64,000 nucleotides of DNA from Marsupella aquatica (Eukaryota > Plantae > Marchantiophyta). The notes below the pieces were generated by a model that saw only the letters and a list, made by a program, of their open reading frames with translations, made no database searches and was not told the origin of the DNA. The DNA lies in assembly GCA_973895155.1 (NCBI GenBank), contig OZ316899.1, positions 3,369,455 through 3,433,454 of the forward strand, in the 5' to 3' direction. Of this stretch, positions 1-10,859 are shown in pieces. Both the position numbers and the translations under genes were made by a program. How positions within the stretch are numbered: position 1 is the stretch's first letter; each line of letters begins with the position of its first letter.

Positions 1-348
1 TGCCGTGGATGTTTCTCCTAGCACGGTTGCCTTTGTCCACCCCTTCGTGCTACCCTTCAACTCCCAGTGTATGTCGTTGCAGCAGTTGATGGCCTCCCGG
101 ATGCCGACTATTATGTTCTCACAAAATAGAAGATCGTCGAGTTCATCGGTAGTAGGCGTCCACAAGAATTCAGCCGTAATGAGTTCTCCTCCTAAGAAGG
201 CAGACTTCTACAGCTTCCACAGCCGAGCAAGCTCCTGCTGTTCTCGAGCCGCTCTCTCTGATTCTTTGTCCTCGTAGGTCCCAATGTACTCAGTTGCCCG
301 TTCTAACAGGCATCCCCAAAAATGAGCAACTTGATTGACGTTGCTCAT
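1..348 (-). pseudogene. N-terminus of the family-A LTR-encoded ORF, with an in-frame TAG
   Basis: Translates MSNVNQVAHFWGCLLERATEYIGTYEDKESERAAREQQELARLWKL*KSAF, matching the LTR ORF at 50495. Confidence 0.85.
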
Positions 349-723
349 ACCCTTCTTGAGTTGATTGTCGGTATTTAGTTCCACCCCGAGTGCTTGCCTG
401 AGCAGCGGACAGTAGTTGGCCTCCCGTAGTCATCCGCTTGGCTCGTGCTTGCAAATGAGCCGCCATTCCTTGCGATCGGTCCTTACCCCCCTGGCTGGTC
501 TTCCTTTCCGTTGGTTACCCATAGCCGCCGGTACTTAGCGCGCCCTAACCCTAATCGTGTTCCCTCCCCCGACGTCCTTACTTTTGGCCTCAACTCGGGT
601 TCCATAGTCACCCTTAATTGTTTATATTTTCCCTATTTTTGTTACTATACTAAGGTGTTTCCTAGGGTACACTCCTGATTTTACTATTTAAACTGGCCTA
701 ATGATTCCTGGCTAGGCATCACA
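1..723 (-). mobile_element. 5' part of a family-A giant gypsy LTR (continues off the left edge)
   Basis: Reverse complement begins TGTGATGCCTAGCCAGGAATCA at 723, the same terminus as the LTRs at 19382, 38999, 50119 and 61005, and is colinear with them. It interrupts the DNA transposon to its right. Confidence 0.93.
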
Positions 724-2859
724 AATGTAAACCTTCACACTTTCCAAAACTCTTGCTGGAACTTTTACCTTTGCTTTTGCTTTTGATGTCCATCCGGTGA
801 TGGTTGAAGTTGCAAGGATCCAATCATTCGTGACTGGGGGAATGAGGTAATTGGGATCCCTTTCCCATGTTTGCTTTGAATTAAAGCAGTCCCAATATCT
901 TTTTGATTTGGTTGCCAAACTCTTGCGATTAAGAGGGTGCCACCATTCAACTTGGAACTCTCCAACATGTGAATCGTTGGGATCTCTTACGACCACAATC
1001 GATTGCTTTTGCAAGCCAAAATTGTTGCGGAATTCTGGTTTCAAATTCATCGGTGGGTCAAATAATAACAAATGTATTCTTTTTTAATATCTTCTAGAGG
1101 ACTAAATCTTGATCTCTCATGCTCAGAAGGGTGTCCGACAAAGATTGTTTGCCTCTCTTCTTCATCTTCTTGAAGCTCTCTTTCCAGATTATGCATCACC
1201 CCATTGTCTTCGCTTGGGTTTGTATCCACGTTTTGACCATCCTGCGATACCCAGTTCCATGGTTTGTTCGAGGCCAAAATCCTTCAAGTAATGGATAATC
1301 TACCCTTGCTAGCGAAGGAGAGCAAAAAGTGTCCTAAAACACAGAAACAATGTTTTCCCAATATTGAATCTCTGGACTTTGGAGACGATATCCCTCTGAT
1401 GTAACATCCTTCCATGCAGTCTTTAGCCATGGGATATAATGGATCAAGTATTCCAAAATGTCATTCGCCCGCTTGTGAGAAGACTCCATCCGCTTGGAAT
1501 AAGGACTTCCAATTGGAAATTTGTATTGGTTTCTCTCTAAGTCAAACAACCAAATTGTTTGACCCTTTGTAGGTAGCCAAGGCGTATCAATTTTCTCTCG
1601 ATATTGGTAGATTGGGATATTCTCCTTCATTGAGAACAAGAATTGAACAGGTGCTGATTGACCCTGGATCCTTTTGACAAATGGTCCTACATAAGCTTTG
1701 TAAGATGCAACTTCGTGGATGAACCTGGGAACCGGATGTTTCTTCTCGCACTCCCAAACCTCCGCCATCAACCCAAAAAATGTGGTAAGCTCTCAATTGT
1801 AGATCCTTATCCCGACTCTAGAGAAGAAGGCATCCACATCCTCATGAGTGTGCCCCACCATCAAAAAGGAAAGAGTTATTGACTCAAACACTCCTCTTAG
1901 AACAAGCTTGCTACAGAAAGCCAGAATTGTTTGGTTCTTGTTATCCTTTCCCGAGTTATCAAGTTGAAGGTGGAGGTGTCGAGGAAGCGCCTTGAAGGGT
2001 AGGGATGTTGAAGGCTCTACGCGACTCTCGTGTGGCACATTATCACCAAGCCTTGTGAAATGAGCGAGAGAGATCTTTTTGGTTTCGAGGTATCCTACCT
2101 CAAAGGCACGCCAATCCAAGAGGGATACAAAGATTGGATCTGTGACGTCAGAGGTGTTGAGAGCTAGATCGCCGGTCTTATCTCCCACAAACAATTCGAG
2201 ATCACGAAATAACTTTGCAAGCGAAGAGATTGTAAAATCAGGATCGCTTGCCCACAAACCAGAAAGGGCAAAATGTGCATAAATTCCAGGCTCCCGTCCA
2301 TGCATTAACATCCCCGTCAGCGTCATTGGTAGCGGGATTGATTTGCCTCCTTGGCTCTTGAGTGTAGAAGTCATTTTAGGGATTCTGGTCTTGGCTTGAT
2401 CCATTTTATCCTGAATCATAGACAAATATTTGTCAAGCTCTTGGTCCGCCGCAAGTTTTGCTACATAGTACATACTCTTGCGTGATTGTTGTTCCAACAT
2501 ATGCCGTTTGCGCTTTGCCTTGATTTCTAAAATCTTATCCACCCGTTTCTCCCCCCGAAGTGTTTCTTTAATGGTCGTGCAGAGATTGCATTTTGCAAAG
2601 TTTAGAGAACACGACTCACGACCCTAAACCTTCGACAACAACTCCATGAGCAACAATCAACCCGATAAAGAGTATCTATGGACACCCGAGACATCTTTTG
2701 ATTGCGTCTTTTCTTGAGTCGTTTTCTCTCCTTCTGGTTTGAATCTTGAGGATTTCTTCGTTGATTGTTATAGCCCCTTTTTGGCTTGATATATGAGAGA
2801 ATTGTAACTCCCTCGTCGTTACCATCATTCCAATCTAAAAGATCACTAAGACATTCCAT
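724..2859 (-). pseudogene. Degenerate DUF7869-type DDE transposase (Sola/CMC-like; superfamily not resolved)
   Basis: ORF 1793-2542 has QDKMDQAK...LHLQLDNSGKDNKN...SFLMVGHTHEDVDAFFS, preceded by a KCNLC...H-x3-Q motif. It continues in broken frames at 1334-1771 and 712-1071 and is cut at 723 by LTR-A. Confidence 0.75.
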
Positions 2860-2892
2860 TCCAGGCTCAATCCTAGTTTTGTTGATTGGCTA

Positions 2893-3510
2893 TCAAATTG
2901 TGCATGGTGATCCGTCAACAAATTGAGGGAACAGAACTTTTCCCAAGCCAGCTTCAATAGCTAGACTCAAAATATTCACACCAACATGATCTTCCCCAAC
3001 TCGCTTGTTGTTAATGGACGCGAGAGGATGTGGGTTTATGATGCAACCTCTTGCAAGCAAGGTTTCTTCGTCGTCCGCATAGAGAAGGGCAAACTTTTTG
3101 AACCATGTGCTACAATCTTTCAGATACTCTGCCAAAACCTCTGTCCCCTCCAGTCCGGTGGCTGATTCAGAATTACCTTCAATATTGTCAACTGGGTCAT
3201 CAATGACATAAGCTGACTCTGTTTGACCTCCAAGATTCATGTCATTTGCATGGCGGACATCTTGCCGATCCCACAAAACAACGGAGTTCACCAACTCTCC
3301 TACTAGATCAGCTCCCGGATGTGGATACGGCAGCTGTGCAAGGTGAAAGAAAGCATTGTCCACCGCCACACTTATCCGTTCTGCTCCAAGCAAAATAGAG
3401 TGGCAAGTGTCGGAAGGTAAAACACAAAAAACCTTTCCACCAGCAATTGGTTGTTCATTGATAAGCAGGTGAATGACTTCTCCAGGTAGAAGCTGCGTTC
3501 TTGAAGCCAT
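2893..3510 (-). CDS. TnpA-like accessory protein with two tandem Transposase_23/DUF8039-like repeats
   Basis: Motif IAGGKV...CHSILLG...VAVD...LPYPHPGADLVGELVNSVVLWD, and a second copy LARGCIINP...INNKRVGEDHVGVNI. Same strand as, and directly upstream of, the transposase. Recognised by motif only. Confidence 0.55.
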   Translation of the reverse strand: MASRTQLLPGEVIHLLINEQPIAGGKVFCVLPSDTCHSILLGAERISVAVDNAFFHLAQLPYPHPGADLVGELVNSVVLWDRQDVRHANDMNLGGQTESAYVIDDPVDNIEGNSESATGLEGTEVLAEYLKDCSTWFKKFALLYADDEETLLARGCIINPHPLASINNKRVGEDHVGVNILSLAIEAGLGKVLFPQFVDGSPCTI

Positions 3511-3704
3511 TTTGGATCTGAGGAAAAAAATTGCAACAAAAACATCTTTTAAAACATCCTACATGAGGCTCGTGTGAAAGTCTTTAACTCTAATGTAAGC
3601 AAATATCACAGAACTGAACATTCAACTCCAGTTTAAACAAGCAATGAAGACAGTCATCTAAAAAGTTGAATGTTCTTTCATTAAAGAGAAAATTCTATGT
3701 ATCT

Positions 3705-4153
3705 TAGACGAGGGGAACAACACGAGACTCGTGTAGACAATCAAAAGTCCAATATTCAATAGAGATTACAACTGAATACACACTAGTAGGCTCTTAAAAC
3801 TTCTATACAGAGATGGATATTTTGAAATGAGTATTCTTCTTAGAGGAACTTTCTATTGAACGTTGTATTTGGATAGACGAGGGGAACAACACGAGGCTGA
3901 TGTAGACAATCCAAAGTCCAATATTCAATACAGATTACGACTGAATACACACTAGTAGGCTCTTAAAACTTCTACACATAGATGGATATTCTGAAATGAG
4001 TATTCTTCTTAGAGGAACTTTCTATTGAAAATTGTATTTGGATAGACGGGGGGAACAACACGAGGCTCGTGTAGACAATCAAAAGTCCAAAATTCAATAG
4101 AGATTACTATTGAATACACACTAGTAGGCTCTTAAAAATTCTATAGAGAGATG
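3705..4153. repeat. 169-bp tandem repeat, left part (about 2.7 units), interrupted by the copia element
   Basis: TAGACG(A/G)GGGGAACAACACGAG recurs at 3705, 3874 and 4043 (period 169). Confidence 0.95.
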
Positions 4154-4281
4154 TGTTATAACCCCTTAGGTTAGGTCTACCCAAGTTAGGACCAAGGCGG
4201 TTACACCACCAACCACCTTGGCAACCTCCTATGTATATGAAGAGATATGAATAAAGGTGTATTACTATTGTGATGTTAACA
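4154..4281 (+). repeat. Copia 5' LTR (128 bp)
   Basis: TGTTATAACCCC...GATGTTAACA, identical to 9954-10081. Confidence 0.97.
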
Positions 4282-4282
4282 C

Positions 4283-4293
4283 GTTATCAGCAC
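4283..4293 (+). other. Primer binding site, half-tRNA-iMet type
   Basis: GTTATCAGCAC 1 nt after the LTR. This internal tRNA-iMet complement is established for Bianca-type copia elements. Confidence 0.8.
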
Positions 4294-4653
4294 AAGGGCG
4301 CTCATCAATTTTTTTTGGAGATTCAGTTCTGGCTATTGCATTGAATGGCTTGATTACTCGGGAGAACCAATCCGGAATTTAGGACATAGAGATTCACAAA
4401 TCAGCTTTATTGTCCAATTGCTTAGCACCGGAATTACACAATCAATCCCTTACAGATTTTCACCAATTTTGAATTTCAAACAGACAGCAATTCATCACCA
4501 ATTTCACTCAATCACAGTACACGAATGCCATTACCACAACCTAGGTGAAGGCGAGAGTGCATAGGCCACTAAACGTTAAACATCACCATAGACGGCTGAG
4601 CAAGAACTGAACCTACTTCATAGCGAAAATCCCCCCCCCCCCCATCAGCAATT

Positions 4654-5944
4654 ATGGCTGCAAATACCATTGAGAAGTTATATTTTCAAGCATTGTGCAT
4701 AGACGGATCCAATTTCCTATCATGGACCTTGGACGTTGAGGCCCATCTGGCATCTAAAAACCTTGAGGACACAGTTATTACAGACAATGGCCCCACCCTC
4801 CAAGAGAAGGCAAAATCATTGATATTGATTCGGCACCACTTAGCCGATTCCCTAAAGCGCCAATACATGAACGCCTACAACCCTCAAATACTTTGGGATG
4901 AGCTCCATTCCAGATTTGACCACATGCGCACAATATTCTTACCTACGGCACGACACGTCTGGATTAATCTCCGCGTGCAGGATCACAAGACAATTGCGGA
5001 ATACAACAGCGAATTGTTCCGCATCACTTCTCAACTCACGATTTGTGGCCACCCGGTTGGGGAAGAAGAACAAATCAAAAAAACTTTATCAACATTCCAT
5101 TCCACAAATCTGGTATTATCTACACAATACCGTAACATGCGATTCACTACTTATTCGGAATTAATCTCCTACATGCTATTAGCAGAGAAATATCAGATCT
5201 TCCTACTGAACAACACTAACCAACGACCCCTCGGCACCCTACCTCCACAACCCAACCCCAAAACACACTTCAACACGTGGAGACGCGGGTCCAATATGAC
5301 ATATAGGGGCCAAGGGGGAAATAGAGGACGATCCACTCTCCGAGGCCGTGGCAACTTCCAAGGACGTGGCGAAAGAACTTCATTCAAAGGAGGCAGGGGT
5401 TGAGGCAGATCACAATCAGGACGCAATCAACACACCTGGACGAGAAACAATACAAATTCAGATAAGTCCAATAACCCCCCCCATTTGTAATCGATGCGGG
5501 ACCAAAGGCCATGTAAAGGCCACATGTCGGGCACCATCACACTTAGTTGCTTCATATCAACAGTCCAAGCAACAAGATGCATATGAAACGCACGGCGCAT
5601 TCCTGGAAACGCCTAATATATTACCTGAAATCCACCTCGTCACCCCATCCGAGATGCAAATAACGCCTGATGACCCTACCTTTTGTATCCTGGACAGCGG
5701 TACCTCCCATTCGATACTCAGGACCAAAAATTACTTTACCTACATTACTCCCTCACAAAGAAGGGTTACTACTATTATGGGCCACCATCAATTGGAGGAG
5801 GGCCATGGCCCGGCCCAATTACTACTTCCCCGGGGCACCCCAATCCACATAAAGTCTGCAATCTATGCACCTAAGGCCACACGAAACCTCCTAAGTTTCA
5901 AGGATATTCGTGAGAATGGCCTACACATCCACACAAGCCAATAG
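4654..5944 (+). pseudogene. gag: Copia gag plus protease (disrupted)
   Basis: Gag N-terminus, RG-rich tract, zinc knuckle CNRCGTKGHVKATC and protease CILDSGTSHSIL. TGA at 5401, extra C in the C8 run 5475-5482, TAG at 5942. Confidence 0.9.
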
Positions 5945-8900
5945 AACTCCCAAGAAGTACTACACATCATCGCCACTAACCCAACTGGCACATAAATTAA
6001 GGAGACCTTCTCAGCATTCCCAATGGGTTTCTATGTTTATGAGGATCAATACTTTCCATACAGAAACCCCCATACTTAATACCACGGAAATAAGGCATCG
6101 CTGCTTGGGCCACCCTGGCACCTAGATGTTCCATAAGATCATTAAAGACACCATGGGCATCCCAAACTCAGTGCATCCAACCTCCATAAAATCCCCCTGC
6201 TTGGCCTGCTCACAGGGGAAACTAACCATCAGACCATCCCCATCAAAAATAGACAAGAACATACCTCGATTCCTAGAGCGAATCCATGCTGATGTCTGTG
6301 GCCCAGTGGACCCCCCCAGTGGCCCATTCTGATTCTTTCTGGCCACCATCAATTCGTCATCCAAATGGTCACAAGTATCCCTTTTATCAACCCGCAACCT
6401 AGTTTTCTCAAGACTATTAGCTCATATACTAAGCTTGAAAGCACAATTTCCCGACCATTCCATTAAGAAACTCCGAGTAGACAATGCTGGCGAGTTTACC
6501 TCCAAGACATTTGAAGACTTCTGCCTGTCAGTCGGCATAGACATCAAATACCCGGTCGCATATGTACACTTTCAAAATGGGATCGCCGAATCCCTGATTA
6601 AAAGAATACAATCCATAGCCAGACCCCTACTAATGCAAACTCAGCTCCCCCCCTCGGCCTGGGGACATGCTGTCCTACATGCCGCAGCATTACTGCGGTA
6701 CAGACCCTCCGCCTTTAATACAAGCTCCCCCCACCACTTGGCATTTGGCACTGCACCAAATCTGGCACACCTCCGGACATTCGGATGCCAAGTCTTGGTG
6801 CCTATTATGGGACCTAAGAGAACCAAACTGGGCCCCCAGCGACAGAAAGGGATCTACATTGGGTTCGACTCTACATCCATCATACGCTATTTGGAACCTA
6901 CAACTGCCGACGTCTATAAAGCCCGCTTCGTTGACTGTCACTTCTATGAAGATATATTCCCTACACTAAACACTAGACAGAAACCCACTCCATCGAAGCA
7001 ACTTGCATGGCAACTCAATTCCAAATTCTGGAACGACCCTAGGACAGCACAAACTGACACTGAAGTCCAGAGGATTTTACATCTTACCAGAATCATGGAG
7101 GAACTCCCAGATGCATTTGCCGATGTGGCAAAGGTAACCAGATCTCACATACCTGCCTCCAATACCCCTTCCAGAATTGATATAGCTCACCCACCAGTAA
7201 ACAAAGTAGAACCCATAAAGAAAAGGGGGTGCCCACCAAGAACCACAGACAAACAACCCAGACAGCGAAGAGCCTCATTGAGTATAACCACCACACCAAC
7301 ATCAACAATCCCCACCACTTTCCCCATCCCCAAAAATGAGGAAATAGCCATTAATTACCACTCCACAAGAAACATCTGGAACCTAGAAACATCAATACCG
7401 AATGACACATTTGCATTTCAGATCTCCCAAGAGACCATGGAGGACTCACCTGACCCCACAACGATAAAGGCAGCCCAGGAGCAACCAGATTGGCTTGAAT
7501 GGCAGACTGCCATCAATTCTGAACTGGACTCATTAATCTCCCGACAAGTATTTGGCCCCATCCAACCAGCCACGCCTAACATCCACCTCACAGGCTATAA
7601 ATGGACTTTCATCAAGAAGTGGAATGCTGACGGACAGATAGTGAGATACAAAGCACGTTTGGTTGCTAAGGGATTTACTCAAATTCCCGGCAGAGATTAT
7701 GACCAGACCTACTCACTCGTAATGGATGTCATTACATACAGATTTCTGATAGCATTCGCAACACATCATAAACTGATCATGCATCAACTTGATATAGTCA
7801 CTGCCTACTTATATGGACATCTTGATACAGTCATACATATGGAGGCACATCCGGAATTACTAACCCGAGTTAACCATCATAGTCAGGGGGAGAATATACA
7901 TAGGGATGCTCCTACAGAACATATGGGCCCCTTTGACTATACAAATAAAGCGGTCCTACATAAGACCGCCAAAGCCATAGCATGGCAGGCATCTACACAG
8001 CCCATACAAGAAAACAAGGCACTTACTGCCCGCACTAAATTTGCTGTCCAGGTCCTACGTTCAATGTACGGGTTGAAGCAAAGTGGACGCACTTGGTATA
8101 AGCATTTCAAGAATGAAATGCTAGCCCTAGGCTTCAAGAACTCCAACCTGACCCCATGTTTATTTATAAAACATGAAAAGGAGGAGATCATCATAGTAGC
8201 AATCTACGTTGATGATCTCAACCTTTTCGGGACAGCAAAGATCCTGCATGATACAATCGGGCAACTGCATAAGATATTTGAAATCCGAGACCTGGGCAGA
8301 ACTTCATTCTGCCTCGGATTACAATTTCAATACATTCCCGATGGCATACTGCTCCATCAATCTACTTACACACGCAGGATGTTGAAGCAATTTAACATGC
8401 AGAATGCCAAACCAGTGAGATCACCCATGGACCTGCGCTCACTGGACAGGGACAAAGACATTTTTTGGAAAAGAGGAGAGGAGGAGCCACTACTTGGCTC
8501 GGAGAAACCATACCTCTCTGTCATCGGAGCACTACTTTATCTGGCATCTCAGACACGCCCTGACATCGCCTTCTCAGTTAACCTGCTTGCCCGCCATAGT
8601 GCCCAGCTCACCATTCGGCATTGGAATGGCCTTAAACAAATACTCCGCTACCTGAACGGCACCACCGACCTCGGCTTATTTTTCCCTAGCAGCATGGACA
8701 TCACCTTATCAGGATACGCGGATGCAGGCTATTTATCAGATCCTACAGATGTGAAATCACAAACGGGGTACATCTTCATGACTGGACCTACAGCCATCTC
8801 TTGGCGGAGTACCAAACAAACGCTCACCACTACATCCTCGAATCACTCAGAAATGATAGCACTGTATGAATCTAGCCGAGAATGCATCTGGCTCCGTAAT

Positions 8901-9209
8901 ATCATTCAACACATCCAAGAAAACACAGGTATGCACAAAATACTCCCACCCACCGTTGTTTATGAAGACAACCGCCCGTGCATTGAACAACTTCCCGTAG
9001 GATATATCAAAGGCGATCGAACGAAGCACATATCACCCAAGTTCTTTTTCGCACATGAACAACTTGGCAACACCATCGACATTCAATGGATCCCTAGTTC
9101 AGAAAACAGAGCAGATTTATTCACAAAGTCCTTACCCCCGGTACTACATACAGCACTGACCAAATCCATTGGCATGCATAGCTTATCTGAGTTGCTGCAA
9201 GACACTTAA
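5945..9209 (+). pseudogene. pol: Copia pol: integrase, RT, RNase H (open from 6333 to 9209; 5' part disrupted)
   Basis: HRCLGHPG, ERIHADVCGP, LRVDNAGEF, QNGIAE; KARLVAKGF, QLDIVTAYL, YGLKQSGR, YVDD; GYADAGY, YEDN, NRADLFTK. Stops at 5993, 6123 and 6330, frameshift near 6040-6075. Confidence 0.93.
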
Positions 9210-9944
9210 CTCGCAAAAGACTCAACAGATCGAGGGTGACCATGGATTTACCTCAGGCAACGGATGAATCAAAATCCACGCAGCAAGAAGGCACTCAACT
9301 CTACAAAGCATCGAACCTGAATGGACAACGACAACCAGCTACTGACAGACGCCAAATACCAAGACTTCGTTGCATCAAGAAATCAAGATTCCCAGCTTCA
9401 GGGGGAGCGTGAACTCACCTAGAGAAACCACATTGATCAACAGCCATCGACCACAACTCGAGCAGAAACAATCGACCCCCCCTAACGCAGCGCATGGCAA
9501 CTCCTTTCAGACCTCCTAAGAGCTTCAGTCTCCTCCATCGACATTCAACACACAGCTACAACGCATGATCACCCCGCTCCTGACGCATCTACTGCACCAA
9601 ACATTTCGCGAACCGCATAGCTGAAGCCCGCCAAGACACCAGCTCCTCCCAACTTTGCGCACTCAAATCACCATCAAACATGAACTCGACTTGACATCGC
9701 GCATGAACACAAACCCCAACAACATCAAATAGATCCTGAATATTTCTAGGGCATATAAGGGCATAGTGGTAACACTCTTTTTCCCCCACAAGAAAGGAGG
9801 GGGGTTTTAATGAGGTTACACACAATCCCTCTAATACATATGACCCTACTAGATATATAAATCTAGGAAATATTTAGATTTTACCAGAATCATCAACGGT
9901 AGACCTTAGATGTCTGCACTTTTATAACTATAAAAGACGCATTC

Positions 9945-9953
9945 AAGGGGGAG
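9945..9953 (+). other. Copia polypurine tract
   Basis: AAGGGGGAG directly abuts the 3' LTR. A second CAGGGGGAG lies near 9399-9407. Confidence 0.88.
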
Positions 9954-10081
9954 TGTTATAACCCCTTAGGTTAGGTCTACCCAAGTTAGGACCAAGGCGG
10001 TTACACCACCAACCACCTTGGCAACCTCCTATGTATATGAAGAGATATGAATAAAGGTGTATTACTATTGTGATGTTAACA
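9954..10081 (+). repeat. Copia 3' LTR (128 bp)
   Basis: Identical to the 5' LTR and followed by TSD AGATG. Confidence 0.97.
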
Positions 10082-10247
10082 AGATGGATATTCTGAAATG
10101 AGTATTCTTCTTGGAGGAACTTTCTCTTGAATGTTGTATTTAGATAGACGAGGGGAAAAACACGAGACTCATGTAGCAAATCCAAAGTCCAAAATTCAAT
10201 AGAGATTACTACTGACTATACATTAGTAGGCTCTTAAAACTTGTACA
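10082..10247. repeat. 169-bp tandem repeat, right part (about 1 unit)
   Basis: AGATGGATATTCTGAAATGAGTATTCTTC... resumes the repeat exactly where the copia insertion broke it. Confidence 0.93.
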
Positions 10248-10728
10248 ATTAAACCACATCCCAATGGGAAAGACTCAAGCACATACATTCACATACTGAC
10301 ACAATCACTAAAACAAAATTGAAAATGATAGGAGAAAAACTGTACGAGAAACTGTACCAATGCAATACCTGAAACAACAAAGCACGCTTTAACAAAAGTC
10401 CCACCTCGGACTGAAGGCACGAATGAGTCAGACACGAAGTGGTCTGTCACGTTATATAGTGAGTGGGGGTGCAAGAATTTCAGACTTTCAACTCTACCAG
10501 ATTGTCGTGTAGTACTTTTTGTGGCGGCGTGGTGTGTGGTGAGCAGCCGTTTCCATAAATGCAGATTGGTTTGGCGGTGGGTGGTGGTTCGCCATGTTAG
10601 TGACATGTCCGTCACCATATCCCGAGTGTCAGGTTGGCGGCCAAGTAGCGACCGCAATCATTGTTCGACAGTATTCCACCCGGAAGGGGTATATGTTGCT
10701 TTCCAGCTTGTTTCTCTCTCAATCACGC

Positions 10729-10781
10729 TCTCTTTCTCTCTCGCTCTCTCTCTTTGTCTCTCTCTCTCTCTCTCTCTCTCT
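10729..10781. repeat. (CT)n microsatellite
   Basis: Imperfect CT dinucleotide run. It explains the SLSLSL ORFs in the track. Confidence 0.9.
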
Positions 10782-10859
10782 GCCCTCAGATTGTTTCACG
10801 CTCGCCTCGGACGATACGCTCTTTCATGCTTGCCTCGGACTATAAAATGACCTCGAACC

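Larger units (their letters stand above)
4154..10081 (+). mobile_element. Full-length Ty1/copia LTR retrotransposon, Bianca lineage (defective)
   Basis: Identical 128-bp TG..CA LTRs and TSD AGATG (4149-4153 and 10082-10086). Domain order gag-PR-INT-RT-RH. Bianca-type gag (NFLSWTLDVEAHL...LIRHHL), half-tRNA PBS and the 3' UTR motif ACTCTTTTTCCC...GGTTTTAATGAGG. Confidence 0.96.

Noticed and set aside
3705-4153. CRISPR array or centromeric satellite
   Set aside because: Whole 169-bp units repeat without unique spacers in a eukaryotic context. About 3.7 copies are too few to call a satellite array.
5348-5482. Programmed gag frameshift in the copia element
   Set aside because: The first frame continues with Bianca-like sequence through a TGA (likely CGA) to a C8 run. 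One extra C explains the shift, and it falls before the zinc knuckle.
5401-6332. U-to-C RNA editing restoring the many TAA/TAG/TGA codons
   Set aside because: Reverse editing is known in organelles of ferns and hornworts, not for nuclear retrotransposons. The stops are copy-specific and fit methyl-C deamination.
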